This document shows, in pieces, positions 16,036 to 26,723 of a DNA stretch of 46,159 bases; positions within the stretch are counted from its first letter, which is position 1, and each line of letters starts with the position of its first letter. The position numbers and the translations under genes were made by a program. The notes beneath the pieces were generated by a model, which made no database searches, had not been told where the DNA came from, and saw only the letters and a list, made by a program, of their open reading frames with translations. Origin of the DNA: an uncultured Solirubrobacterales bacterium. GTDB lineage: Bacteria; Actinomycetota; Thermoleophilia; Solirubrobacterales; Thermoleophilaceae. Where the stretch lies: assembly GCA_902806245.1 (NCBI GenBank), contig CADCVU010000211.1, forward strand, positions 1-46,159, in the 5' to 3' direction.

Positions 16036-17106
16036 ATGGCGTCCGATCAGCTCCTGGTCACCGGCTTTCCCGGCTTCATCGGCTCGCGGCTCGTCGCGTC
16101 ACTGATCGAGGGGCGCCCGCAGGCCCGCGCGATCGCGCTCGTCGAGCCGTCGATGGCCGACCGCGCGCGGGAGAGCGCTCGGCGCATCGACTCCGAGCGG
16201 ATCGAGGTGCTGACCGGCGACATCACCGACGGGCGCCTCGGCCTGGCCGGGGAGGACTACGAGCGGTTGGCCGGCGAGGTCACCGCCGTCTTTCACCTCG
16301 CGGCCATCTACAACCTGGCCGTTCCCTTCGACGTCGCTCAGAAGGTCAACGTCGAGGGCACTGCCAACGTGCTGGAGCTCTGCGCCCGCGCCGAGCGCCT
16401 CGAGCGCCTCAACTACGTGAGCACCGCCTTTGTCGCCGGCCGCCGCGACGGCGTCGTCTACGAGCACGAGCTGTCGCTAGGTCAGAGCTTCAAGAACCAC
16501 TACGAGTCGACCAAGTTCCAGGCGGAGCTGTGGGTGCGCCATGCCATGGACCGCATCCCCACGACGATCTACCGCCCGGCCATCGTCGTCGGTGACTCGA
16601 GGACCGGCGAAACCGCGAAGTTCGACGGACCGTACTTCCTCCTGCGCATGCTCTCCCGGCTCGGCTCGCGCGGCATTCCCCTTGCCCGCATGGGATCCGA
16701 TGCGCCGTTCAACGTCGTGCCCGTCGATCTCGTGGTCGACGCCATCGCCGCGGTCTCGACCGATCCTCAGTCGGTGGGGGAGACCCTGCACCTCGTCGAC
16801 CCGGAGCCGCTCAGCTCACGCGAGCTCTTCGAGGCGCTGGCCGAGGAGTACGCCGGGCGGCGCCCGAGACTGGCCCTTCCGCCGGCCGCCGCCGACGCGA
16901 CGCTGCGCTTCGGCCCCGCCCGCCGCGCCCTCGACGGCATTCCCCGCGAGTCGCTCGTCTACCTGACCCACGCCGTCGACTTCGACGGGCGCCGGGCGAG
17001 CGCGCTGCTCGACCGCCACGGCCTGCGCTGTCCGCGCCTGCGCGAGTACCTCCCCGAGCTCGTCACGTTCTTCCGCGAGCACGAGGATGACCCCGCCTAC
17101 ACGTAG
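16036..17106 (+). CDS. SDR-fold NAD-dependent epimerase / thioester (acyl-CoA) reductase-like protein
   Basis: LLVTGFPGFIGSRLV is a Rossmann motif, with YESTKFQAE as the YxxxK motif. IYRPAIVVGDSRTGETAKFDGPYF is typical of the NAD_binding_4 reductase group. Confidence 0.75.
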   Translation: MASDQLLVTGFPGFIGSRLVASLIEGRPQARAIALVEPSMADRARESARRIDSERIEVLTGDITDGRLGLAGEDYERLAGEVTAVFHLAAIYNLAVPFDVAQKVNVEGTANVLELCARAERLERLNYVSTAFVAGRRDGVVYEHELSLGQSFKNHYESTKFQAELWVRHAMDRIPTTIYRPAIVVGDSRTGETAKFDGPYFLLRMLSRLGSRGIPLARMGSDAPFNVVPVDLVVDAIAAVSTDPQSVGETLHLVDPEPLSSRELFEALAEEYAGRRPRLALPPAAADATLRFGPARRALDGIPRESLVYLTHAVDFDGRRASALLDRHGLRCPRLREYLPELVTFFREHEDDPAYT

Positions 17107-17116
17107 TCCAGCCGCG

Positions 17117-17836
17117 TTACTGCTCGAGCTCTCGCACGGCCGCGGCGGCAGCGCGCGAGCGGCGCACCTGCCAGCGGATCGCCACCGCGCCGGCCAGGCC
17201 GGCGACCACGATGACGCCCACCGCCACGTAGGCCAGCGGCGAACTGACGTTCGCCAGCGAGCCGCCGAGCGCAGTGTAGGCAAAGGCCCGCGGTGCGGCG
17301 CCGACGGCGGTGCCCGCGGCGATCTGCCAGGTCCGCACGTGCGAGAGGCCCGCAGCGTAGGAGACCGGCGCGTCGGGCAGGACGGGGGCGAGGCGCAGGA
17401 TCACCACCGCGGCGAAGCCGTGCTGCTCGAGCCAGCCCGCCAGCGCCTGGTAGCGCGCTCCGCCGATGCGGTCCATGCCCGCGCGGCCGGCGCGGCGCCC
17501 GACGGCCAGCTCGACCAGCGCGGAGACGACCGAGCCGGTCAGCGTCACCGCCGTGCCGAGGACCGGCCCAAACAGCAGACCGCTCGTCCCGGCGAGCAGC
17601 GGGCCAGGCACGAAGCTCGCGTGCAGGGCGGTGGCCGCGAGCAGGAAGACCAGTGGGCCAGCGACCCCGAAGGGCTCGACGAGGGCGCGGACCTGTTGGG
17701 GCGAGGGCGCCCGGTCGGCCGCCAGCAGGAACAGTCCGAGGAGTACGAGCAGCAGCAGCGCGAGGCGCGTGCGCGGCTCGCGCCTTAACCGCGCGACGAT
17801 CGATCCGCCGCCCGATCGCACGAGCGCCGGACGCAC
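17117..17836 (-). CDS. TVP38/TMEM64 (DedA-related, VTT domain) membrane protein
   Basis: FVPGPLLAGTSGLLFGPVLGTAVTLTGSVVSALVELAVGRRAG ... VVILRLAPVLPDAPVSYAAGLS. Confidence 0.8.
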   Translation of the reverse strand: MRPALVRSGGGSIVARLRREPRTRLALLLLVLLGLFLLAADRAPSPQQVRALVEPFGVAGPLVFLLAATALHASFVPGPLLAGTSGLLFGPVLGTAVTLTGSVVSALVELAVGRRAGRAGMDRIGGARYQALAGWLEQHGFAAVVILRLAPVLPDAPVSYAAGLSHVRTWQIAAGTAVGAAPRAFAYTALGGSLANVSSPLAYVAVGVIVVAGLAGAVAIRWQVRRSRAAAAAVRELEQ

Positions 17837-18004
17837 CCCTCAGATGGCCGATCCCACGACCACGCACGTCCGGATGGCGGGCGATAGCTTCGCTGGGCCT
17901 TTGTCCTCGGCCTCGACGATGCCTCCGGCAGCGCCTGCGGCCTGCGTCCTCGGCCAGCTCGCTCTACAGCGCCCCCGGACGCACCCGGTCGTGCGATCGA
18001 CCAT

Positions 18005-19660
<1,656 letters not shown>

Positions 19661-19710
19661 GATCGGCTTCTGAGGCTAGCGAGCGCCCTCGCGCCCGCGC
19701 CGGCGGAAGC

Positions 19711-20844
19711 TCACCCTTGCGGCTCGTCGATCCTCAGGCGCCCGTGTTCGACGAGCGCGTCGAAGTCGGAGGCGCCGAGGCCGCCGTCGCGCTCGGGCAG
19801 GCGGGCGTCGACGTCGCCGATGCGCAGGCCCTGGCGGCGCAGTTGCTCGCGCACGCGGCGCTTGTCGTCGGTGGAGCCGTTGCGCCGGGCTTCGAGCAGC
19901 TCACGCACCGCCGCGGCGCTCGCGGCCGAGATGTTCCATACCGTCTCCGCGCGCCAGGCTCGGTAGAGAACGCGCATCCGTCGTACGAAGGCTTTCGGCC
20001 GATCGGCGTAGACCCGTTCCCCGAGTGGCCAGATCTCGGCCCGCAGCTCGGCCCGCCGGTTGGCGGCGAGCGTGAGCAGCGTCTCGCCCGCGCCGCCGTC
20101 GGTGCCCTCGGCGGCCAGATCTCGAACCGTGTCGGCGAGCACGGCCAGGTCGTGGTCCTCCCCGAGCAGGTCACCGAGCCGGTCGCAGGCGTCGACGAGC
20201 TCGCCCATGGGGCCGGGCCAGATCGGGCTGAGCACGCGGGCGTGGTACCAGAGGTCCTTCACCCGCTTGCGCGCGTCGTGCAGGCGCTCGTCGGTCGGCT
20301 TCTTGCGCGCCGCGGCAAAGGCGTCGCGGCCGCGCCCGTAGGTCCGTCGCAGCCCGTCCTCGAGCGCGGAGAACCGGTCGGTACCGATCTCCAGGGCATC
20401 GACACGAGCTCGGATCTCCGCCAGCTCGTCGGCGACGCGGGCCGTCGCGTCCTCCTCGTCGAGAACACGGGTGGCGATCTCCCGCCGGCGCTCTTCGAGT
20501 ATCGCGCTCAGCGGCGCGAGGCTGCGTCGCGTCAGCGGGGTCTGGCGGCCCAGCCGATCGACGGCCGCGACGAGCACGGCGGCGTCGCGCGGGCCCGACA
20601 GCCGGCGCGCGGCGTCGCGCAGGGCATCGTTCTCGCGCCTGTAGGCCACCGAGCCGATCTCGTCGCGGACGAGCCGCAGCACGGCACGCGACTTCTTCGT
20701 CGCCTTGCGGGCCTCGTGGACAGCCCGGTCGCGCTCGTCGTCGCGCGCAGCCCGCAGCCCGTCCTCGGCCTCGGTCAGCTGCTCCGCGACAATCCGCCGC
20801 AGGCCGTCGGGAAGGGTCTCGCGGGAGTCGAGGCGATAGGCCAC
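19711..20844 (-). CDS. CHAD-domain protein (polyphosphate-associated) with a ~70-aa C-terminal extension
   Basis: LPDGLRRIVAEQL...AVHEARKATKKSRAVLRLVR...LHDARKRVKDLWYHARVL shows the repeated conserved-His helices of CHAD. Confidence 0.8.
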   Translation of the reverse strand: MAYRLDSRETLPDGLRRIVAEQLTEAEDGLRAARDDERDRAVHEARKATKKSRAVLRLVRDEIGSVAYRRENDALRDAARRLSGPRDAAVLVAAVDRLGRQTPLTRRSLAPLSAILEERRREIATRVLDEEDATARVADELAEIRARVDALEIGTDRFSALEDGLRRTYGRGRDAFAAARKKPTDERLHDARKRVKDLWYHARVLSPIWPGPMGELVDACDRLGDLLGEDHDLAVLADTVRDLAAEGTDGGAGETLLTLAANRRAELRAEIWPLGERVYADRPKAFVRRMRVLYRAWRAETVWNISAASAAAVRELLEARRNGSTDDKRRVREQLRRQGLRIGDVDARLPERDGGLGASDFDALVEHGRLRIDEPQG

Positions 20845-20863
20845 CGCGCTCAGCGACTCCCGC

Positions 20864-21094
20864 TCACTTCGGCTGGCGCAGACCGCGCTCGTACTCGTAG
20901 CGCACGGTCACCGCCTGCGCCCACCAGGGACTGATGCCGTGAGCCTCGCGCAGGTGCCGGGCGCTCTCGGCGTGCCCGTGCCGCTCGGCCCCCCACTCGT
21001 CGAGGACCTTCAGCCACTCGTCCCAGCCCTTGCCGGTCTGCCGGCGCACGGAGTCGTCGCTGATCCGGCGGAACTCGGGCGAGGCTTCGACCAT
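20864..21094 (-). CDS. small conserved protein, DUF4287-like
   Basis: 76 aa: ..RRQTGKGWDEWLKVLDEWGAERHGHAESARHLREAHGISPWWAQAVTVRYEYERGLR. It lies 21 nt after phoU and 19 nt before the CHAD gene. The family name is from memory. Confidence 0.6.
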   Translation of the reverse strand: MVEASPEFRRISDDSVRRQTGKGWDEWLKVLDEWGAERHGHAESARHLREAHGISPWWAQAVTVRYEYERGLRQPK

Positions 21095-21115
21095 GGGAGG
21101 AATCGACCCGCGTGC

Positions 21116-21820
21116 TCAGCGGACGACGTTCGACTCGACCTCGGGATGTGAGGCGTCGGTGAACTCGCGGAAGAGGCCGGTGACCACGAACGCGGTCTGC
21201 TCGCCGATGTCGACCGCGTTGTCGCCGACGCGCTCGATCGAGCGGGCGACGAGCATCATCGTCGCGCCCCACTCGCGCGCGTCGTGGTCGTCGCCCGACT
21301 GGAGGGCGAGCGAGAAGATCTCGCGGTTGAGACGGTCGATCTCGTCGTCCTGGCGGACGAGATCCTCGGCGAGCTGGACGTCGCGCCGGGAGAACGCCTG
21401 CTTGCACTGAGCCACCTGCGAGATCGCCTGGCGCGCCATCCGCTCGATCCGCGTGAGGATCCCCTCCTCGACCGGCGGCTCGCGGCCCACCAGCGGCACG
21501 AGCTTCGAGATATTGACGCACTGGTCGCCCATGCGCTCGAAGTTGCGAATGAGGTCGAGCAGTGCGGCGATCAGCCGCAGGTCGGAGGCCACGGGAGCCT
21601 GGCGGGCCATCAGGGAGAGGATGCCCTGGCGCACCTCGAGGTAGCGCCCGTCGATGCGGTCGTCGTCGGCGATCACATACGAGGCGAGCTCGACGTCCTG
21701 GTGCAGCACCGCCTCGAGCGTCCGCTCCAGCGCTTCGCCGACCATGTCGAGCCCCCCCAGGGCCTGCTCCTCGAGATCGCGCAGCTGCTCCTGGAAGTGG
21801 AGCCTCGCCTCGACGGGCAT
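21116..21820 (-). CDS. phoU: phosphate signalling complex protein PhoU
   Basis: 234 aa with two PhoU repeats: ..DDDRIDGRYLEV.., ..RNFERMGDQCVNI.., ..QDDEIDRLNREIF.., ..ARSIERVGDNAVDIGE. Confidence 0.9.
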   Translation of the reverse strand: MPVEARLHFQEQLRDLEEQALGGLDMVGEALERTLEAVLHQDVELASYVIADDDRIDGRYLEVRQGILSLMARQAPVASDLRLIAALLDLIRNFERMGDQCVNISKLVPLVGREPPVEEGILTRIERMARQAISQVAQCKQAFSRRDVQLAEDLVRQDDEIDRLNREIFSLALQSGDDHDAREWGATMMLVARSIERVGDNAVDIGEQTAFVVTGLFREFTDASHPEVESNVVR

Positions 21821-21824
21821 GGCG

Positions 21825-22775
21825 CTACCCGACCCGCCCGGTGACGTAGGCCTCGGTGCGCTCGTCCGAGGGGTTGGTGAAGACCTTCTCGGTCTCGTCG
21901 TACTCGACGACCTCGCCGTGACGGTGGCCCGAGGCCTCGTCCACGACCACCGTGAAGAACGCTGTCATGTCGGACACGCGCGCCGCCTGCTGCATGTTGT
22001 GGGTGACGATGACGATCGAGACGCGCTCCTTGAGCTCGAACATCAGGTCCTCGATGCGTCCGGTGGAGATCGGGTCGAGGGCGGAGGCGGGCTCGTCCAT
22101 GAGGATCACGTCGGGATCGGTGGCGAGGGCGCGGGCGATGCACAACCGCTGCTGCTGGCCGCCGGACATCCCGAACGCGTTGGTCTTGAGCCGGTCCTTG
22201 ACCTCGTCCCACAGGGCGCCGCGGCGCAGGGCTCGCTCGACGATCTCGTCCATGTCGCCGTCCATCCCGAGCACCCTCGGTCCGAAGGCGATGTTGTCGT
22301 AGATCGACTTGGGGAACGGGTTGGGCTTTTGGAAGACCATGCCGATCCGCTTGCGCACGAGGACGGCGTCGACCTCGGAGGCGTAGAGATCCTGGCCGTG
22401 GTAGCGCACCGATCCGTCGACGGTCGCCGAGGGGATCAGATCGTTCATGCGGTTGAGCGAGCGGATGAACGTGCTCTTGCCGCAGCCCGAGGCGCCGATC
22501 AGCGCGGTGATGCGCCGCTCTTCGATGCCGAAGCTGACGTCGTGCACGGCCAGCTTGTCGCCGTAGCGGACGTTGAGGTTCTCGATCTCGAACACCGGCG
22601 GCGTGTCGAGGCTCGGCTTCGCGGTCCCGCCGCCGGCGGCGGCAGGATCCGTCCCCGGCCCGGTGGTCCTTCCGTTGCCGGTCTGCGTGCCCGCGGGCAC
22701 CGGTCCAGCGCCGGCCGCGGACTCCGCGGACCGGCCCTCTGACGAGCTCTCGGGTCGCTCGGTCACCTGTTTCAC
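21825..22775 (-). CDS. pstB: phosphate ABC transporter ATP-binding protein PstB (Gly/Pro-rich N-terminal extension)
   Basis: [71 protein letters not shown]. The start is GTG 22775; a later start is possible. Confidence 0.9.
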   Translation of the reverse strand: MKQVTERPESSSEGRSAESAAGAGPVPAGTQTGNGRTTGPGTDPAAAGGGTAKPSLDTPPVFEIENLNVRYGDKLAVHDVSFGIEERRITALIGASGCGKSTFIRSLNRMNDLIPSATVDGSVRYHGQDLYASEVDAVLVRKRIGMVFQKPNPFPKSIYDNIAFGPRVLGMDGDMDEIVERALRRGALWDEVKDRLKTNAFGMSGGQQQRLCIARALATDPDVILMDEPASALDPISTGRIEDLMFELKERVSIVIVTHNMQQAARVSDMTAFFTVVVDEASGHRHGEVVEYDETEKVFTNPSDERTEAYVTGRVG

Positions 22776-22811
22776 CCTACCGTTCCTTTCGTCCTGCGAC
22801 AGAGTTCGGCG

Positions 22812-23714
22812 CTACCACTTCTGCTCGAAGCGGTTGCGCAGGTAGATCGCTCCGGCATTCATGAGCAGGAGCAGAAAGAGCAGGACGAGGATCGCCCCCG
22901 CGGCCAGCGCCCGGAACTCGTCCTGCGGATCCTGGACCCAGGCCAGGATCTGAATCGGCAGCGCCGAGAAGGGGTCGTTCGTCAGATCGTTGGGGTTGAA
23001 GCGCGCGAACGCCGCGGCGCCGACCACGATCAGCGGCGCGGTCTCGCCGATCGCCCGCGACAGGGCGAGGATCACGCCGGTGGCGATGCCGGGCAGGGCT
23101 CCGGGCAGGATCTGCTTCCAGATGGTCTGCCACTGCGTGGCGCCGAGGGCCATCGAGCCCTCGCGGATCGAGCTCGGCACGGCGCGGATGGCCTCGCGCC
23201 CCACGATGATGACCACCGGCAGGACGAGCAGCCCGAGGGTCAGCGCGCCGGCCAGGACGACGCGGCCGAGCTCGAGCGGGCCTCTGACCAGAAAGGCGAG
23301 GCCGAGGATCCCGTAGACGATCGAGGGGACGGCGGCGAGGTTCTGGATGTTGACCTCGATCAGGCGGTTCCACCAGCGGTTGTTGTCGGCGTACTCCTCG
23401 AGGTAGATCGCGGTGGCCGTGCCCACCGGCACGATGAACACCGCGCAGACGGCCATGAGCAGCAGCGTGCCCACGAGCGCCGACTGGATGCCCGAGCGCT
23501 CCGGGAAGATCTGCGACGGGAAGCGCGTCAGGAAGTCGGCGGACAGCACGGGGATGCCGTCGACCGCCACGTCGACCAGGAGCACGACGAGCGCGAGCAT
23601 GGCGAAGGCGATGCACATGAGCAGTGCCGCCGGGAAGAGGATCTCCCGTACGCGTGCGCCGCTCGAGGCGCCGCGCACCACCGCCCGGGCCACGGGTGCC
23701 TCGGCCACGCTCAT
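22812..23714 (-). CDS. pstA: phosphate ABC transporter permease PstA
   Basis: ATG 23714 overlaps the pstC stop (ATGA). IREGSMALGATQWQTIWKQILPGALPGIATGVILALSRAIGETAPL is the EAA loop. The 544-aa listed ORF continues upstream out of frame with pstC, and that extension is not accepted. Confidence 0.9.
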   Translation of the reverse strand: MSVAEAPVARAVVRGASSGARVREILFPAALLMCIAFAMLALVVLLVDVAVDGIPVLSADFLTRFPSQIFPERSGIQSALVGTLLLMAVCAVFIVPVGTATAIYLEEYADNNRWWNRLIEVNIQNLAAVPSIVYGILGLAFLVRGPLELGRVVLAGALTLGLLVLPVVIIVGREAIRAVPSSIREGSMALGATQWQTIWKQILPGALPGIATGVILALSRAIGETAPLIVVGAAAFARFNPNDLTNDPFSALPIQILAWVQDPQDEFRALAAGAILVLLFLLLLMNAGAIYLRNRFEQKW

Positions 23715-24664
23715 TCGTAGACCTGCTGGAAGCGACGCACGAAGCGGATGGAGATCGCGTTGAGGATCAGCGTCATGACGAACAGGGTCGTGCCCACGGC
23801 GAAGATGGTCAGGAACTCGACCGACTGGGCGGCGATGTCGCCGCGCGCGGTCTGGGCGATGAACGCAGCCATGTTCTGGAAGCTCTCGCGGGGATCGATT
23901 CCCAGGTTGGCGCTGGCGCCGCCGGCCACGAGCACGACGACGGTCTCGCCGATCGCGCGCGAGGCGGCGAGCACCAGGCCGGCCACTATCCCCGAGAGCG
24001 CAGCCGGGAAGACCACGCGCAGCACGACCTGCGGCTTCGAGGCGCCGAGCCCGAACGCGCCCTCGCGCAGCGAGGCGGGCACGGCGCGCAGCGAGTCGTC
24101 GGCGAGCGTGGCGACGACCGGCAGGATCAGCACGCCGAGGGCGAGGCCCGCGGACAGGGCGTTGAAGATCTGGACCTCGATCCCGAGGATGCCCTGGAGC
24201 AGCACGGGTGTGATGAAGGTCAGCGCGAAGTAGCCGAGCACGATGGTCGGGATTCCGGCCAGGAGCTCGAGCACCGGCTTGATGACGCGGCGCGCCCGCG
24301 GCGAGGCGTACTCCGCCAGGTAGACCGCGGAGCCGAGGCCGAGCGGCACGGCGACGATCAGCCCGAGCGCGGTCAGATAGAGCGTGCCCGAGATCAGCGG
24401 GAGGACGCCGAACGACTTCTGATCGCCGCCGGCCAGCGGGGTCCACTTGGTACCGAGCAGGTACTCGAAGATCCCGACCTGCGAGAAGAACTCGATGGTC
24501 TCCGCGGCCAGGGAGACGACGATGCCGACGGTCGTCGCGACCGAGATCAGGGCGGCCACGAACAGAAGCACCTTGATCGCGCTCTCGCCCACGGACCGCG
24601 GGGTCCGCACCCGAGTCAGGTTCGGGCGCGGACCTCCGCCGGGAGGATCGGACGCTGCTTCCAT
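23711..24664 (-). CDS. pstC: phosphate ABC transporter permease PstC
   Basis: LREGAFGLGASKPQVVLRVVFPAALSGIVAGLVLAASRAIGETV, with six hydrophobic segments. Confidence 0.9.
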   Translation of the reverse strand: MEAASDPPGGGPRPNLTRVRTPRSVGESAIKVLLFVAALISVATTVGIVVSLAAETIEFFSQVGIFEYLLGTKWTPLAGGDQKSFGVLPLISGTLYLTALGLIVAVPLGLGSAVYLAEYASPRARRVIKPVLELLAGIPTIVLGYFALTFITPVLLQGILGIEVQIFNALSAGLALGVLILPVVATLADDSLRAVPASLREGAFGLGASKPQVVLRVVFPAALSGIVAGLVLAASRAIGETVVVLVAGGASANLGIDPRESFQNMAAFIAQTARGDIAAQSVEFLTIFAVGTTLFVMTLILNAISIRFVRRFQQVYE

Positions 24665-24683
24665 GCGAGTCCGAGCCGCCTGC

Positions 24684-25640
24684 CTACTGGCGGCCGCTCA
24701 GGCCCTGAACCGCCCGCTCGGCTTCCGAGACCTGCTCGCCGGTGAGCGGGACGATCTGGGCCGCCTCGGCGATGCGCGGCGCGTTCTCGGTCGTGAAGCG
24801 CATGAACTCCGCGACCTCGGGGCGCTGCATGGCCTTCTTGCTCGGGTACATGAAGATCTGGCGCCCGAGCGGCTTGTAGCTGCCGTTCTGGATCGTCTCC
24901 GCGCTCGGCGGGGTGCAACCCTCGCCGCCGTCGATCGCGACGGCGTTGAGCTTGTCCCGGTTCTGCTCGAAGAACGAGTAGCCGAAGTAGCCGATGCCGC
25001 CGGGGGTGCCTGACACTCCCGTGACGAGCTGGTTGTCGTCGGCCGAGGTCTGCACGCCCTCGGTGCGCTGCTCGGCGTCGGTCTCGAGCGCCTCCTCGGT
25101 GAAGAAGTCGAACGTGCCTGACTCCTCGCCGGGGGTGAACAGCTTGGCCGGCGTGGCTGGGAACTTGGCGTTGACGTCCTTGTAGGTCGTCGCTTTGGCG
25201 TCCGGGCCGAACAGCTTCTTGAGCTCGTCGGTGGTCATGCAGTCGACCTGAAGCTGCTTGTTGGTCACGACGGCGATGCCGTCGTTGGCCACCGGGACCT
25301 GCTCGGTCTCGATGTCCTGCTTCTCGCAGGCCTCCTGCTCCTCGGCCTCGATCGCCCTCGAGGCGTCGGCGATCTCGGTCTCGCCGCGGCAGAAGCGCTC
25401 GAACCCGTCGCCCGTGCCGGCGCCGCCGACCGTGATGCGCACGTTGGGATTCTCCTCCTGGAACAACTCGGCCGCGGCCTGAGCGAACGGCTGGACGGTC
25501 GAGGAGCCGTCGACCTGGATGGTCCCTGAGAGATCTCCGCCGCCCCCGCCACCGCTGCTGCCCTGCTGACCGCCGCAGGCCGCGCCCACCAGGGCGAGGA
25601 CGCTGACGGGCCCTATGAAGAGCCACATCCTTGACTTCAC
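24684..25640 (-). CDS. pstS: phosphate-binding lipoprotein PstS
   Basis: GTG 25640 follows AAGGAG. The lipobox is LVGAAC within MKSRMWLFIGPVSVLALVGAACGG. IQVDGSSTVQPF and GAGTGDGF are PBP motifs. Confidence 0.9.
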   Translation of the reverse strand: MKSRMWLFIGPVSVLALVGAACGGQQGSSGGGGGGDLSGTIQVDGSSTVQPFAQAAAELFQEENPNVRITVGGAGTGDGFERFCRGETEIADASRAIEAEEQEACEKQDIETEQVPVANDGIAVVTNKQLQVDCMTTDELKKLFGPDAKATTYKDVNAKFPATPAKLFTPGEESGTFDFFTEEALETDAEQRTEGVQTSADDNQLVTGVSGTPGGIGYFGYSFFEQNRDKLNAVAIDGGEGCTPPSAETIQNGSYKPLGRQIFMYPSKKAMQRPEVAEFMRFTTENAPRIAEAAQIVPLTGEQVSEAERAVQGLSGRQ

Positions 25641-25703
25641 GAAGCGCTCCTTCTGTTGCAGATCCTTGTCATGTCGAGCCGCAAGCTATTGCCGGTTGGG
25701 CGC

Positions 25704-25736
25704 ACACTGTTACGCACGTGTGGCGCGGTTGTGAAC
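25704..25736 (-). promoter_or_regulatory. PHO-box-like array of three 11-nt direct repeats upstream of pstS
   Basis: On the pstS strand the sequence reads GTTCACAaccg cGCCACAcgtg cGTAACAgtgt (25736 down to 25704). It ends 64 nt upstream of the pstS start codon, in the pstS / response-regulator intergenic region. Confidence 0.45.
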
Positions 25737-25854
25737 ATGATGTAAAGGCCGTCGGTGGGCGATCGGGCGAAATCTCGCTCGACGCGAGATGGCGCTGTCC
25801 GCCGCCCGCGGGCTGGTCTACAGTGCCTCTCGGCAGCGACTGTTCGCGCCGACC

Positions 25855-26688
25855 ATGACCTCCCCCTCCGGACAGCTCCGGCTCGCCATCGTCGACGACG
25901 ATTCGGGCTTCGTAAGGGTGCTCGCCAACCGGCTCGAGACGGCCGGCTGGCAGTTCCGTGCCCAGACCTCGTCGCCTCCGCCCGAAGAGCTCGTGGCCAT
26001 GCGCCTGAACGCGCTTCTCATCGATCCGGCGTGCCTCGGCAACCTCGGAGGCGACTACCTCACCCGTATCTGCCAGACGCTGCCGGGCCTCGGCATCGTG
26101 GTCTGCACCGAGCGCTCGACCGTCGCCCAGCGCGTGCGCGGCCTGCGCCTCGGCGCCGACGACTGGATCACCAAGCCGTGCCACCCCGAGGAGGTGCTCG
26201 CCCGCCTCGAGGCCGTCGCGCGCCGGCGCCGCCGCGCGCGGGCGCCGGTCGAGGCCGGCCCGCTCGTGCTCGGGGACCTCGAGCTGCGGCCCGACCAGTT
26301 CCAGGCCTTCGTGGCCGGCAGCAGCGTCGACCTCACCCGTCGCGAGTTCGAGGTGCTCCACCTGCTCGCCGACGCTGAGGGCCGCGTCCTCCAGCGCGAG
26401 GACATCTATCAGCGCGTGTGGGGCTACGCGATGGCTCACGGCGACCGCTCCGTCGACGTGTTCGTGCGCAAGCTCCGCTCGAAGATCGAGCGGGCGTCCC
26501 CTCGCTGGAGCTACATCCACACGCACTTCGGGATCGGCTACCGCTTCCAGGCGGAACCCGTCGATGGTCACGCGCAGGAGCCGGTGGCAGGTCACGCGCA
26601 GGAGCCGGTGGCAGCGCAGGCGCCGGCGACCGAAGGCGCGGGCGACCCGGTGGCCGTTGATCGTCTCGAAGGTGTCGCCTCGCTCTGA
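25855..26688 (+). CDS. OmpR/PhoB-family response regulator, orphan (no kinase in window)
   Basis: Receiver domain: LAIVDDDSGF, LNALLIDP (phospho-acceptor Asp), IVVCTERS, DDWITKP. Winged helix: LTRREFEVLHLLA..VFVRKLRSKIE..IHTHFGIGYRF. ATG 25855 is chosen within the listed ORF 25789-26688. Confidence 0.85.
   Translation: MTSPSGQLRLAIVDDDSGFVRVLANRLETAGWQFRAQTSSPPPEELVAMRLNALLIDPACLGNLGGDYLTRICQTLPGLGIVVCTERSTVAQRVRGLRLGADDWITKPCHPEEVLARLEAVARRRRRARAPVEAGPLVLGDLELRPDQFQAFVAGSSVDLTRREFEVLHLLADAEGRVLQREDIYQRVWGYAMAHGDRSVDVFVRKLRSKIERASPRWSYIHTHFGIGYRFQAEPVDGHAQEPVAGHAQEPVAAQAPATEGAGDPVAVDRLEGVASL
26566..26613 (+). repeat. perfect 24-bp tandem duplication inside the regulator's C-terminal tail
   Basis: ggtcacgcgcaggagccggtggca occurs at 26566-26589 and again at 26590-26613. 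It encodes GHAQEPVA twice, after the winged-helix domain. Confidence 0.9.
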
Positions 26689-26723
26689 GGCCGCCTGGCG
26701 GCGAGGGCTCGCCGGCGCGACGA

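Noticed and set aside
22812-24446. 544-aa ORF suggesting a giant PstA
   Set aside because: The upstream 244 codons are an out-of-frame read-through of pstC. pstA starts at ATG 23714, overlapping the pstC stop.
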